Program-made: the position numbers and the translations under genes
Assembly: GCF_006345805.1 (NCBI RefSeq)
Contig: NC_042997.1
Coordinates: 69,440,001 to 69,504,000 of the forward strand
Direction: 5' to 3'
DNA: 64,000 nt
Origin: Octopus sinensis
Taxonomy: Eukaryota
Part shown: positions 39,470 to 53,139 of the stretch, in pieces
How the letters are laid out: each line of letters starts with the position of its first letter
Numbering within the stretch: position 1 is the first letter of the stretch
The notes under the pieces: generated by a model
The model's database searches: none
What the model was told of the DNA's origin: nothing
What the model saw: only the letters and a program-made list of their open reading frames with translations

Positions 39470-39700
39470 CGTTTTTCTTCTAGCGTTGATTTCAGCCGCT
39501 CAAGTTGCTTGCAGTAGATCTCCTTCGTTATCATTTGGCTTTAAACGTGCAAAGTGGACTAAACCTTTCATACCCTACCAAACAGAGAACAACACCTTAC
39601 GTGGGGGAAGACCTTATTTAGCCTGGGGTGCAGCTGTTTCTCCTTTCCCTACTCACTGTCTTCGGCGTTTGACATTTTTATAGAGAACTCATTTTTCTTC
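39470..39700 (-). mobile_element. mariner catalytic-domain fragment
   Basis: PRKVLFSVW..MKGLVHF and ITKEIYCKQLERLKSTLEEKR. Confidence 0.75.
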
Positions 39701-40078
39701 ACCAGGCACTATTCGCAAAGAAGAGCATACATTCACTGCATGCGATTAGACTCGAAAAGTTTGTGAAGAACCCATTGACTCAATTTGTTGACTTTTCCGA
39801 TGGTTGAATTACAAAATCCAAGCTTCTCTGCCAACAATTCACAACAGCCTCGCACCCACAAAAGTAAACAAAACAGACAGAGACAGGCGGAAACAAGAAA
39901 AATGTCCCTTATATTTGAATACTATGCAAATATTCTTTTAAAATACTTTTCATTTAATTTCTCCAAAATTTAATTGTTTTCCATACTTACAGTTCAAAAA
40001 GTCTCAATGTGACCGGTACTGAATGTTTTTATAAAATTATTTTAGCATTTTCTACGTTGACTTGTTTCCGTATGTATG

Positions 40079-40118
<40 letters not shown>

Positions 40119-40131
40119 AACACACACACAC

Positions 40132-40162
<31 letters not shown>

Positions 40163-40174
40163 CACATATACATA

Positions 40175-40252
<78 letters not shown>

Positions 40253-40291
40253 ATACAAACACACAAATATTATATATATATATATATATAT

Positions 40292-40590
40292 AGGGAGAAT
40301 TCACAAAAAACAAAAGATGAAGACAGGTGGTGTAGATAACAAACAGATGTATTAGTATAACGCTCAGGAAGTGAAACAGTTTTTAACTTTACGAACCTAC
40401 GCTCTTCCACAGAAAGGAGCACAGAAAGAAACAAGGAGATAAAAAAAAGAATGTGTTGTGGCAAGCGAACTATCATGGCGAATGCCGGACAAGAAGGGTC
40501 GCATAGGAGAGCTAGGGAGAAGAGGAGATAATAAAGTAGTGGTGATCCCAAAACGGAGGTGCGCGTGCGTATGTATAAGAGAATTTATAT
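40292..40590 (-). mobile_element. PLE terminal fragment, family A
   Basis: Homologous to 6733-6920; hammerhead core degenerate. Confidence 0.6.
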
Positions 40591-40862
40591 GTGCGTACGT
40601 GTGCGTGTATGTATGTGTAAGTGTGAAGATGTGGGTCTGGGAAGTGTTTAGTGCTGGTGTGTACGTGGTGGTGTGTTGTGATGTGATGTGTTATGTGGTA
40701 TGATGGTGTATGATGTAATGTTGGTGTATGATGTAGTATATATATATATATAAATACATTAAAAGGCTTCCAAATAAAGAAGCAAGTGCTAGATACACAA
40801 GGGGGGGGGTATAAATTCATGAAATGGAATGAAAATCAAAAACGTTTACCATCTCAGCTAAT

Positions 40863-40935
40863 CCTGTACTGCAGTTTCATCTTCTTTTTAGCAAATGAAT
40901 AGAATTCATCTCCCAAGGCTAGACTCGTCAGCAGG
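40863..40935 (-). ncRNA. Type I hammerhead ribozyme motif (downstream copy)
   Basis: CCUG-CUGACGA-GUCUAGC...GCUA....AGAU-GAAA-CUGCAG-UA^CAGG. Confidence 0.72.
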
Positions 40936-41299
40936 AAGCCTTTATAATCCAAGCTGTACATATCGCTAGAAGTACGTACAAATCTAACGATCTGTATGCT
41001 CTAACTTTTCAGACCAATGCGCAGACGCAAACCATACCCGGCGAACAGAGGGGATGCCGGTAAAAATTTACTAGCAAATTTATCGAGCAATATTTAAAAC
41101 ATAGTAAATAGGGTAATAAAAATAAATTCTTATTACCAGTGACCTAGAACAAAAGACGAATTAGTCATTAGACTATACGTTATTCATATATAAATACATT
41201 AAAAGGCTTCCAAATAAAGAAGCAAGTGCTAGATACACGAGGAGGGGATAAATTCATGAAATGGAATGAAAATTAAAAACGTTTACCATCTCAGCTAAT

Positions 41300-41372
41300 C
41301 CTGTACTACAGTTTCATCTTCTTTTTAGCAAATGAATAGAATTCATCTGCCAATGCTAGACTCGTCAGCAGG
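41300..41372 (-). ncRNA. Type I hammerhead ribozyme motif (upstream copy)
   Basis: Same core, stem III A-CUGUAG-U; exactly 437 nt from the other copy. Confidence 0.7.
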
Positions 41373-41889
41373 AAGCCTTTATAATCCAAGCTGTACATAT
41401 CGCTAGAAGTACGTACAAATCTAACGATCTGTATACTCTAACTTTTCAGACCAATGTGCAGACGCAAAACAGGTCAACCAAGCGGCGTCCCGTTTGTCCA
41501 ATGTACAGGGAATGGCAGAGAAAGCAGGAGATGCAATAGATGATATTTCTGGAGATGCAGGTGAAGGAGTCGATGATGCGATGGGTGCCGGTGAGGAGGG
41601 TGGTGTTGGAGAGGTAAGGGCAAGTGCGGCAGATATTCACACAGAGTTGAAACGCTGCTTGATTTATTTTTTCAGCATACACTTTTCAACATCCCACTAC
41701 GAAGTATGACATCACCCCTTCCTTTCTTATTCATAAACACAAGGGTACTATTATAGTAGATTATCTCGGTAACCATTGGAGCTATGAAAACATACAAAGC
41801 CCAGCATCACCACCAGATCATTCTACATATCTGTGTTATATTTCACGCAATTCCACCCGGCCGTTTGACCGTGAATTCCAAGACAAGAA

Positions 41890-42305
41890 ACAATCGCCCT
41901 TTTCCAGGATAACGCTCGTGACATGACTTCCAGATTGCTCACCGTCTTCCAGGGACTTGCTTCCACGTTTGAAACGCCCCTCACAATCAAAACATTGTGT
42001 ACGACCCATCGCCTCGTCGCCGTAAGCTTGCCGAAGAATGTTCAATATCTCTGAAGCAAACTTTCTAGGTTTAAAGCAAAATTTCACGTTGTCTCTTTGT
42101 TCCTGTCCATTACAAAATCGCTGACATACAACATGCACATGATCACAACAACACAAATTTCACGACTTGCGAAGTAAACATAGCCATGTCACTCGGCACT
42201 CTGCTTCATGAAGATCTCTGTAAGCTCTCACTGTTCACGCAACCATTTGCCACCGTCTGTTAGCGCGCTACAGAACTAGTCCGGGAATTTTTTGATACCA
42301 CCTCG
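41890..42305 (-). mobile_element. mariner 5' fragment (same family as 24228)
   Basis: TIR tttttgataccacctcg|ta; QRDNVKFC..FKRGSKSLED. Confidence 0.85.
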
Positions 42306-42339
42306 TATATACATATATACATATATATCAGGTGGTACC

Positions 42340-42552
42340 AAAAATTACTGAGAAGTTCCTGGCTTTAAGGATGTCATGAAAGGCCTGATTGTAGACCCGA
42401 CCTTCCAAGTTCTTTTGCAAGGCTCAGAAAAACTGAAGGGCTGCTGCAAGAAGTGTGTGAATCTGAGAGGGGATGTTCAATAAAAACCTAATTAACTGAC
42501 CCTGCTGTATATCTTTTACCCAAAGCCAGGAACTTTTCAGCACCCTTTCGTA
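42340..42552. mobile_element. mariner-derived MITE
   Basis: gagaagttcctggcttt versus aaagccaggaacttttc. Confidence 0.65.
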
Positions 42553-42574
42553 CATATATGTAAGCATATATATA

Positions 42575-43119
42575 TTGGGTTGTCCGAAAAGTTCGTGCCG
42601 ATTTATAGCAGCTTAACTTTCGACTTATTTTAGAACATGGTTGAGTCCATAAAATAGGATTTGACTACACCTCCATTCAGAGCACAGTTGAAGCTATCTT
42701 TTCGTGGAAGAAGATTTATGTTCCTATAACTTGTGTTAATTCTGTAACCCCTTTAAAATGAAAAATAAGAAAGTTTATGCTTTGGGAACCAGAAAAAAAT
42801 TGCTGCAGCTCGGCAGGGATATGTTACCTCACCCTCCATATTCACAAGATATTGTTCCTTCGGATTTCCACTTATTCAGGTCTCTGCAGAATAGTCTTAA
42901 TCGTAAAAATTTCAATTCCTTGAATGACGTAAAAAGATACCTTGGTTAATTCTTTGCCACCTCAATTCTGGGAAGAGGGTATTTTCCAGTCAAAGGAAAG
43001 CTGGAGACGCATTGTGCAACAAAATGGTTCATATTTGGTTGATTAAAAATGTAATAGCAAGTATTTATTGACCTTTTTCTTTCCTTCAAAAATCGGCACG
43101 AACTATCCGGACAACCCAA
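42575..43119 (+). mobile_element. mariner deletion derivative
   Basis: TA|ttgggttgtccg..gttcgtgccgattt / aaatcggcacgaac..ggacaacccaa|TA; LPHPPYSQDIVPSDFHLFRSL. Confidence 0.9.
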
Positions 43120-43436
43120 TACATATATGTGTGTGTGTGTGTTTAAGGTCATTAAATCGCGGTGGATCCCAACAGAGTGTATATTAGTGGTCAGTAGCTG
43201 TTTACCTTCTGTGATGAGATGTATATTGGTCGAATGTAAAGTGTTAAAATATTTTAAATAATTTATGCATTTATTCATATTTACATTCATGAAACAATAC
43301 AACTAGTATGTATTGTTAAAACGCACATAACTAAAGTATTAATATAATACGAAAAATTCCATTCTTGGACTTAATATATGTGTGTGAGTATGTGTATTGT
43401 GTACGTGTACGTGTATGTATGTGTGTGTGTTTATAT

Positions 43437-43630
43437 AGAGGTGGGCTGACAGAATAATAGCATTTGCAGGCCGGGCAAAATAGTAGCATTTCGTCTGTAT
43501 TTACGTTTTCAGTTCAAATTCTGCTATGGTCAACTTTACGTTTTACCCAACGGAGTCGATAAAATAAGTACCAGTTGAGTACTGTAGTCAATGTAATTGA
43601 CTTATCCCTTCCTCAAACATTACTGGCCTT
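43437..43630 (+). mobile_element. SINE family 2
   Basis: cagttcaaattc..gtcgataaaataagtaccagttgagtactg. Confidence 0.7.
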
Positions 43631-43639
43631 ACAGTTCTA

Positions 43640-43790
43640 TATTTAAGAAACGAGGAATTATGTACATTATTTACATTCGACGGATATTTGTACTCATCTT
43701 GTTTGTTGTTATCACAACGCTTCGGCTGATATACCCGCCAGCCTTCTTGAGGCGTCTTGGGAAAATTTCGAACCTGGGTTCTCATTCCTA
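43640..43790 (-). mobile_element. PLE terminal fragment with mutated hammerhead
   Basis: Minus strand ctcaaga-aggctgg..cagcc-gaag-cgtt (core changed at two places). Confidence 0.5.
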
Positions 43791-43794
43791 GAGA

Positions 43795-43945
43795 GCACAA
43801 GGCCAGCAATCTATTTTAATAACTCCGAGAAAATGGAGGCAAAAGTATACCTCGGTGGAATTTGAACTCAGAACGTGAAGACGGACGAAATGCCAGTAAG
43901 GTTTTTTTCCAGACGTGCTAACGATTATGCCAGCTCACCGACTTT
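43795..43945 (-). mobile_element. SINE family 2 (inverted relative to 43437)
   Basis: cctcggtggaatttgaactcagaacg...ctaacgattatgccagctcacc. Confidence 0.7.
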
Positions 43946-44120
43946 GGTTGGCTATTTATAATAAAAGAAGTAAATATAACTAGTAACTTTTATTTTATTT
44001 TATTATTTTTGATTTCAGACGCTCAATTTAAAAAAATGATGTAATATCTTCACGTCCCTCGTCCTTTCTCTCACTCTATGTAGAAGCCGACGTATATAGA
44101 TGCATACACACACACACACA

Positions 44121-44178
<58 letters not shown>

Positions 44179-44179
44179 T

Positions 44180-44210
<31 letters not shown>

Positions 44211-44517
44211 GATATATGATATATATATTATATATATATATATTATATATATATATATGCATGTATATATACATGTAGATGTAGGTACGTACATATATGT
44301 TTGTATGTATGCATATATTTTATTTATTACACTATTGTCTGACAGCGCCTTCGCGTCGGGTTCGTTTCAATTCGTCGCTTCGTTCCGTTTTCTATCCTCC
44401 CAGTACTGTTTTATATATAATTATGACGCGAAATTCTCTCCCTTTGCTTTACCTTCCCCACTCTCTCTCCCTCTCACTCTTCCTCATCTCTCTCTCAGCC
44501 GCGTGTCTTCCTCTATA

Positions 44518-44550
<33 letters not shown>

Positions 44551-44799
44551 TCCTCATCTTTGTCACTGCTAGCCTAAACCACTTCCTTTTGCACGCTGCT
44601 TTCAAACTGTAAAGTCATGTTTCCATGCGCTGCTAGGACATCCTCCGTTTAGCCAGAAAAAAGGCGTTTTCATTTGTTTTTCTCGTTTGTTTTCTTGTTT
44701 ATTTTGATTTCTTGTATTGTATTTTCTTTTTATTTCTCGTTTTGTATTTTCTTGTACATGTATTTTTATCTTGTATTTTATTGTGCAGTTTTATTGTTA

Positions 44800-45200
44800 C
44801 GTCCTCTTTATGTTACATTTTTTTCTTGCGAGGTAATTTTATTTTAATTCTCTCGCAGGAAGGCCTAGTTTTGACGAGTCGTGTCCTGTCTTGCTTTCGA
44901 AACACGCTTGAGTCTAACTAGCGACAGCTGATGATTGGGGATTTTTCCTTGTGTAGTATGTCCTGTACTTTGTTTTTCTGTTGTAAAAAAATGTTTTTCC
45001 TGTTTTCGTTTCTCGTCCAGTTCCACGTCTCTGTTTTTCTGTTGTAAAAAAATGGTTTTTCCGTTTTCGTTTCTCGTTGAGTTCTACGTCTAGTTGTGGT
45101 GTCCTGTACTCACGTATATATATTTATATATGCATGTATATATACATGTAGATGTAGATACGTACATATATGTTTGTATGTATGCATATATTTTATTTAT
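44800..45200 (+). mobile_element. PLE-type terminal repeat, family D, degenerate
   Basis: Similarity to 34440-34800 (gtcctgtac, gcatgtatatatacatgtagatgta). Confidence 0.5.
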
Positions 45201-45217
45201 TACACTATATATATATA

Positions 45218-45281
<64 letters not shown>

Positions 45282-45619
45282 GATGTATGTATGTATGTAT
45301 GTATGTATGTATGTATGTAGTATGTATGTATGTATATATAGGGAGAATTCACGAAAAAAACAAAAGACGAAGACAGGAGGTGTCTTCAATTTTTCAATTC
45401 CCGAGTGTTATACTAATGCATCTGTGTTTTTTTCGTGAATTCTCACACGCTCACGTAGTCGCACCAGTTGATCCTGTCTCCTCTCATCACCCACGAACTT
45501 CTCCACTGGACTTTCTACCTTTCTACCCTTTACGGATTCTCTTTTGGACGTTTTACACTCCGGCTGCACCTCGCCTACCTATGGATTAATCTGGACTCTC
45601 TATATATATTTACTTTTAT

Positions 45620-45830
45620 TCTTTTATTTGTTTCAGTCATATGACTGCGACTATGCTAGAGCACCACCTTTAGTCGAGCAAATCGTCCCCAGGACTTATT
45701 CTTTATAATCCTAGTACTTATACTATCGCTGTCTTTTATCGAACCGCTAAGTTACTGGGATAAACGCACCAACATCGGTTGTTGGGGGACAAACGGCAAT
45801 GGTGGGGGTGGGGGACAAACGCAGACACAA
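45620..45830 (-). mobile_element. SINE family 1 tail
   Basis: tttcagtcatatgactgcg..gagcaccacctttagtcgagcaaatcg. Confidence 0.7.
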
Positions 45831-46133
45831 ACATTTACATATATATATATGCATACATACAAAATGGGACAAGAACGCAAAACATCCGGACAGTTAGGTG
45901 ATACAAAAAAGGGACAAAGAAACATCCAGATAGACGATACAAAGAAAACAAGGACGGGTTATTCGGAGTTATAAACTGGCATATACATTATATTTTTATA
46001 CTTATACATATTTACATATATTTTATTTATATTTATATTGTTAATACAACAATTATTTTACACACGTATATATCTTTCTGAAGAATTTTCTAATATTGAT
46101 TTCATGATATTAATAATAATATATTATTATATA

Positions 46134-46203
<70 letters not shown>

Positions 46204-46214
46204 GTTTATTCTCA

Positions 46215-46400
46215 TACCTGTTTCAGTCATTTGACTGCAACTATGCTGGAGCAGCACCTTTAGTCGATTAAATCGTCCCCAGGACTTATTCTTTGTAAGC
46301 CTAGCACTTATTCTATCGGTTTCTTTTGCTGAGCCACTTGGTTACAGGGGCGTAAACACACAAGCATCGGTTGTCAGGTGATGGTGGGGCACAAACACAA
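46215..46400 (-). mobile_element. SINE family 1 tail
   Basis: tttcagtcatttgactgca..aggacttattctttgtaagcctag. Confidence 0.7.
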
Positions 46401-46428
46401 ACACACAAACATATACATATATATATAT

Positions 46429-46470
<42 letters not shown>

Positions 46471-46490
46471 ACATATATAAAAATATATAC

Positions 46491-46597
<107 letters not shown>

Positions 46598-46598
46598 G

Positions 46599-46632
<34 letters not shown>

Positions 46633-46659
46633 CATAACCTACTTGGAAAAGGATGCGTG

Positions 46660-46920
46660 GCGTTCGATCATATAATATAAATAATATATAAATATATGCA
46701 TATATACATACATATATGTATATACCTACATATATATGTATATATATACATGTATATATGGGTACAGGACATAAAAAACGTTAAACACAATGAGAAGCGA
46801 AAACAAAAACAGAAAACGAACTTTTTTTCGGACAACGAAAAAAACAAATAGAGAAACGAGACATGCAACAAAGAATATTCCTCTTCTTCAGTTGTCCCTG
46901 TTTCATCTACTTCCTCGCAT
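46660..46920 (-). mobile_element. PLE-type terminal repeat, family D
   Basis: Reverse complement of about 34540-34790. Confidence 0.6.
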
Positions 46921-47519
46921 TGTTATAGCTTTCGAATGGTTTAACTCCGATGGCTAGGTGAGTTGGTAGGCCCACATTCCCCCAGTCTGCCGCAGTGTTA
47001 CCGTTTTACATATGAGTGAACTGGTGCAATGTGAAATGAAATATTATCATCAAAACACATCGCATCAAGGAAACTGCAACACTTTAACCACTCGGCCACA
47101 CACCTTCACATACGCGCGCGTGCTCACATTCGTACACAGATACACACAAACACACACACACACACACATTTATGTATAAATGAAGTAAGCTAACATAAGA
47201 CAAAATAGAAATAACACTCACCTCTTCGAAGAGAATATCAGTTTGCTAAATACTATGCAACTGATTAACCTTTATGTGATTTCAGTCATTTTATTTGGTT
47301 AATATTCAGCTATACTACCGTAATTTATTTATTGACAGTTCACTTCTCTTTTCAGGTGTCACTTCATTGTTTGTGGCGACACTGTGTCTTCGATGTCAGG
47401 TTATGGATACGCAGTTTACTAGTTAGTTTTTACAGTATTCTTTTTTTTCCTTCCTCCTTTCTTTCTTTCTTTCCTCTTTTCTTTCTTTCCTTCTTTCATT
47501 TTCAATATTCTCTCCTTGG

Positions 47520-47848
47520 TGAAGGCGCGTGGGTTAGTGTTTAGCGTATTCGGCTCACGATTAGTTAGGTCACGATTTCGTCTACTTCCCCCCTCGGTGC
47601 GCTGAGTTCTTGAGCATGCCGCTTTATTTCACGTTGTTGCAGTCCACTCAGTTAGCCAAAATGAGTTGAACGAGTAATTCAATTGGCCAGTCATGTGACA
47701 TTCTGTGTCACGCTGAATATACTCAAGAACTACATTACGTGTACGTGGGTCTGTGGAGTGCTTAGCCACTTGTACGTTAATTTCATGAGCAGGCTGTTCC
47801 GTTGATCGCATCAACTAAAACAATCGCCGTCGAAACCGATGGAGATCC
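47520..47848 (+). mobile_element. SINE family 3
   Basis: gtgaaggcgcgtgg head; ctttatttcacgttg..gtccactcag core; gagcaggctgttccgttgatc tail. Confidence 0.8.
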
Positions 47849-48791
47849 AGGCCATTCTCTCCTTGGTGTAATATGTACATGCTTATAAATCTCAGGTTAT
47901 TGAGCATTAAAAGTATCTTTTTATGTGACAAAAATAGCTGCACTTTTATAGAAGTAATTAGCCAACTGAACTGAGTACTTAGTTTTTGAAATATCAATAA
48001 TCCACACAATTTCGATCATTAATAATGTGGTATTGGTTGCCTAAATAGTATAAAACATCTAGTCTGACGTCATATCATTTCTGCCAACTCTAGTTAATCA
48101 GATGAGTATTGAAGCGATGTGTCGTTATCTGTCAACTAAGCCTCGGTTGACCATTGACAACCAGTGGCTAACTACAGTTCTAGGGAGTAAAGTGGGTGGG
48201 AGATACATTTACCTCTTAAATCGCCGATCTTTCTCAGTTAACAGTTCATTGATTGTTTGCTACCTTTCCTAACATATAGATGACTAGAAATAAATTGTTA
48301 TGTTCTGGAGCCCGAGTAGCACACTCAGGGCCTGAAATCCTGTCTGAGAATAGCTTCCTTCATTCTTTTCACCAGTCGTAATGGCTCGGGAAAGGAGCAA
48401 GGGTGCTGCTGTTCTGCATAAGCCACTGAAAAAAAAATCCTAAATCAGTTGCGCGAAATTGATTTTAACTTGCAATTCTTGAAAATATTAGTATTTCTCA
48501 AATACATTACCTACTGTTATGAAGGAGAGAATGCGGTTCTAGCTGTTGCAACAGTGAGCTGCACAATATTATTATAGTTTGGCAGGCAATCATCAGAAGG
48601 AAATGGAAGAAATAATCTAAATAAATATAATTTAAAATGACACTACTCGAAATACTGTTCTCTAGTTCTAAAAAGGAAAATGAATACTGGATCCATAATT
48701 AATTCTAATAATGAGAAAAATAGTCATTAGTCACGTGACTGGTTTAAAGCATACTCTACATCCTCCTAATTAATCTTTGACGCTCTTATAC

Positions 48792-49221
48792 TGTGAGGTG
48801 GACTACATAACTTGGCGAGTGAACGCTTGGTGGTCAGTCGACCAGGAGGTATGAAGCAGGGCAACGAAGGACTACTACAAATTATCCAGTCGTGTACGAC
48901 TACTTTCTCTCTGGACAGGTCGTCTCGCTGGGCTAGTTTGTGGTCTCAGCTGCTGACTTGGCTGTTGTTGTTGTTGTTAAGCAACAAGACGGGTAAGGGT
49001 GATTAGGTGATGGTCTAGGGCTTAGGGGCGGGAGACCCAGACCTTGGGAAAAAAAAACTTTGGTCGTCTTGTTGTAGTTGAGGGCTCTTCGTTGACGCCC
49101 GACACCACTGGATGGTGGCCCTCGAAGTCGCTGAAAATGGAGATCTCTAGGTCCAAATTCTTGAACAGCTGACTTGGTTGTTGGAGCCGTGCTGGTGTTA
49201 GGGAAGCCGCGCTTTGTAACA
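48792..49221. mobile_element. Possible solo LTR (430 bp)
   Basis: GC-richer island bounded by TGT...ACA (tgtgagg / tttgtaaca); no matching TSD found. Confidence 0.4.
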
Positions 49222-50139
49222 TAAAATCATCTCGTTTCTACATTGTATATGATAAAGAGTCAACACAGAGTCAACATATTTATTATAAGTAGGAAATTTT
49301 GAAGTTTCTGTTTTTCTCAAAAGTGATATTAGCATAAATAAAATGAAATGTCTTCAATATTGAAATAGAATAGAAGTCGATTGATTTTCTAGAAATAACA
49401 GATCTCCCTCAACATGCTGCCGTCTTAAGAGGTCATATAGCGTAACCGAGTCCTAGCTATAAAACCGATTTTTAACGTAGGCAAAGACAAGTCTTGAAAT
49501 CCTGTGAAGGGGACAATCAATTATACCAAAATACATGACTGGCATACAGGAAGGATGAAAGACAAAGCTAACCTCAGTGGGGTTTGAATTCATAATGTAA
49601 AAAGTAGAAACAACTACAGCAAGTCATTTTATTCGACAACTCTAACGATTCTGCTAATGTTCTGATGTCATCAAAAAGCTTTCATAACACCAGAAATATC
49701 ACTCAAGCATCCCTGTTAGGCAGAAGTTTCAATATAATGATGAGCTATTTTTTGCCTTTAGCGTGTTAAAAGAGAGTAATTTCATTAAAAAATGACAGAA
49801 AAAAAAGATAAAACAAAAAGTAAAGAATTAAACCGGCTTGTCAACGAATAGACCCATTCTGCGTGTCGTTAAAGGTGATTAAAAGAGGTTGAGGTTGTGT
49901 TTGCACTCTGACCGCGAATAATCCTCAACGGTAACAACTATCCAAGCAGTTCCTAGATTTGTGGGGCCGTCGCCTGAGTTGTACAAATTTGTCTTGCGCC
50001 AGGAGAGAGAGATCACAAATAAACGGTTGATGCAGCAACGCGATGTTACAGCACCTTCCCCTATATACTACATACTACTACTACTACTACTACTACTACT
50101 GATGATGATGATGATGATGATGATGATGACGATGATGTG

Positions 50140-50530
50140 CAATACAATGCAATGGTTCTTATGGCTTCTGATCTTATCTGATTGGAAGTTTTATCAAATA
50201 CAATGTTTTGTCTTGGTATAAAAGATGTGCTACAGCAAGTATTCTGCTCAATACCACAGATTTGCTTGTCAGATGCTTGACCATAACCAGTTGAGCGTGT
50301 CCCATAGTGGCGGAACATATGCGCATCTCAGATCACGAGCAGCAGTTGTGAGGAAACCTTATGACCATGTGTTTAGAAGGATTCTTTAGGGTTTGAATAA
50401 TTCAGCCCTGGAAAAATGGCCGTTTTAAACAACACTTATTCAGGGACCTTTTGAGTGGGTTGAGTCACTCGACTTGAAGAAAATTCTAACTGGATCTCAC
50501 ATGCAAGTCAGGTGATGTTTATCTTGATAT
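50140..50530 (+). mobile_element. Second copy of the unclassified repeat at 29599
   Basis: Shared motifs with 29599-30146; preceded by (TAC)n(GAT)n. Confidence 0.65.
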
Positions 50531-50579
50531 GAGGATAAACTAATAGCATTGGCTATTTAGTTTATAGTCAGTTGCCGTT

Positions 50580-50825
50580 CATCCATCTCAACGTGCTAAA
50601 CGTGATCAATGTTTTCCTCTGTGCTGGCAGTTTCAGGACGTCCAGATGTTTGGTCTTCGTTAAGACACTCCCTTTTTAAAGTCAGCAGCCGACTTTTGCA
50701 CTGTTGATATAGCGAGAGCGTCATCCCCTAATGTACCAACCAAGTCAGCATGAATGTCCTTGGAGACTAAACCCGTTTTCTATAGGTACTTGCTAATACC
50801 ACGATGCCAAGTTTTTTTTCCATTT
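50580..50825 (-). mobile_element. mariner N-terminal fragment (family of 20036)
   Basis: WHRGISKYL..GLVSKDIHADLVGTLGDDALAISTVQK. Confidence 0.7.
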
Positions 50826-50878
50826 TCAAGTGAAGTTGTATCGAGTTACTTTTGAAAATTCTTTGAACAGTTAGGGCT

Positions 50879-51081
50879 CACTCAGCTGACAAAAATGAGT
50901 AGCACCTGCATTTAAAAGGGCAGCCCTGTTACATTTTGTATCACAGTGGTTCTTTCTGAGAACTATGTTAAGCGTACACATGTCTGAGGAGTGCTCAGCC
51001 ATTTGCACGTTAATTTCACGAGCAGGCTCTTCTTTTGATCGGATCAACTGGAACTCTCGTTGTCGCAACCGACGGATTCCC
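50879..51081 (+). mobile_element. SINE family 3, 3' part
   Basis: cactcagctgacaaaaatgagt...gcacgttaatttcacgagcaggct. Confidence 0.75.
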
Positions 51082-51163
51082 AGTGCCTAAAGAAACAATG
51101 TAGTTACCAAAAGAAAAAATTCTAATTAATGCTTGCAAAATTTCGCAGCTCTAGCCTCACTCC

Positions 51164-51194
<31 letters not shown>

Positions 51195-51300
51195 CATACA
51201 TACAAACATACAAACATACATACATACATACATACATACATACATACATACATACATACATACATACATACATACATACATACATACATACATACATACA

Positions 51301-51815
51301 AAAGCTGTTCTCCGAAAATGTCATCACGGTATTATCTACCGATACTGTAGCTAGGACACTCTATAATGAAATCCGTCGGAAAGATAAACCCGAGGACAAA
51401 GAAATAAGAACTCACAGTATGGTAGAAGCCATAGCTGCTCATAATAAAAAGGAATTCTGGTGGAATGTACATGTGAAGACCTCAATAAGATGTAAGCACA
51501 ACAGACCTGATATAATGATTTGTAACAGAGAAGAGAAACTGCGCTCAGTTGTGGAAATTAGCTAACCAGCGGATGTTAACATAAAGCTGAAGATCAGTGA
51601 AAAAGAGAACACCCATGCTGAAATATTGAGAAATTTGCAGTTACTCTATGCAGATTAAAAGTTCAGGTTTATATCTATAATTACTGCCGAAATACCAATC
51701 TTGAGAAATTAGGCTGCTCAAAATCAGAAAAGAGAAAGCTAATTCGAAGACTACAGATCTAATCCATCACTGGAACTGTAAAAATCTGTAAAACTTTCCA
51801 GAAGTTTATCATTTA
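51301..51815 (+). mobile_element. R4/Dong LINE 3' fragment (REL endonuclease), degenerate
   Basis: SCSPKMSSRYYLP, EFWWNVHVKT..CKHNRPDIMI..VVEIS*PAD..KISEKEN, LIRRLQI. Confidence 0.85.
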
Positions 51816-51942
51816 AGCATGTCTAGCTGCTTAAATGATATCTAGACATGAGCATGAACTCTAGACATGAGCATATCTAGATATGCAACTATATGCATGA
51901 GAATACAAACATAAAACAAAACATATAAATCTGCAAGTATAC

Positions 51943-52520
<578 letters not shown>

Positions 52521-52678
52521 AGACATACATCTACCTGTATGTGTGAATGCAGGTGTATCTGTATTTGCATATATTCTTGTTCACATAAGTGTATTATCAT
52601 ATACAAACACATCGTTATTTCAAGTGTCTGTCTTGAAAAGCAGACGCACACGTGTATGTGTGTATGTGTGTGTGTGTT

Positions 52679-52721
<43 letters not shown>

Positions 52722-53053
52722 AGAAAGGGAGAGAGAGAAATTGAGTTAAAGAAATGAAAACGGAGAACTTTGTGTTGTCTGTTTATATCGTTTTTTTTTT
52801 CTTTTATCTCCTTTACAGTTATTGTCAACCAATCTCTGTTGGCATGTGTGATATGAAGTAACACAGGTCATACCTTAAAATAACAAATAAATAGATGGGG
52901 AATTGTGAGGAAACTTCCAGAATTCACGCCGCTCAATTTCGGGTTGCTCTAGCTCTGTCACTGATGTCCATTCTTGGAATTCACATTCCAGATTAGCGTT
53001 CTTGTCTTCAAAAGCAACACCCTAAGAAAAGGAAGTGTGCATGTATATATATA

Positions 53054-53139
<86 letters not shown>

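Larger units (their letters stand above)
40746..41690 (-). mobile_element. Penelope-like 3' fragment with tandem pLTRs
   Basis: GIY-YIG fragment CRTCPYL..FTCISRNIIYCISCFLC..LYIGQTGRRL (41446-41682); direct repeats 40746-41031 and 41186-41468. Confidence 0.85.

Noticed and set aside
47356-47399. 44-bp micro-exon candidate (ttctcttttcAG...cag|GTtatg)
   Set aside because: Good acceptor but weak donor and no recognisable peptide; such sites are expected by chance in 64 kb.
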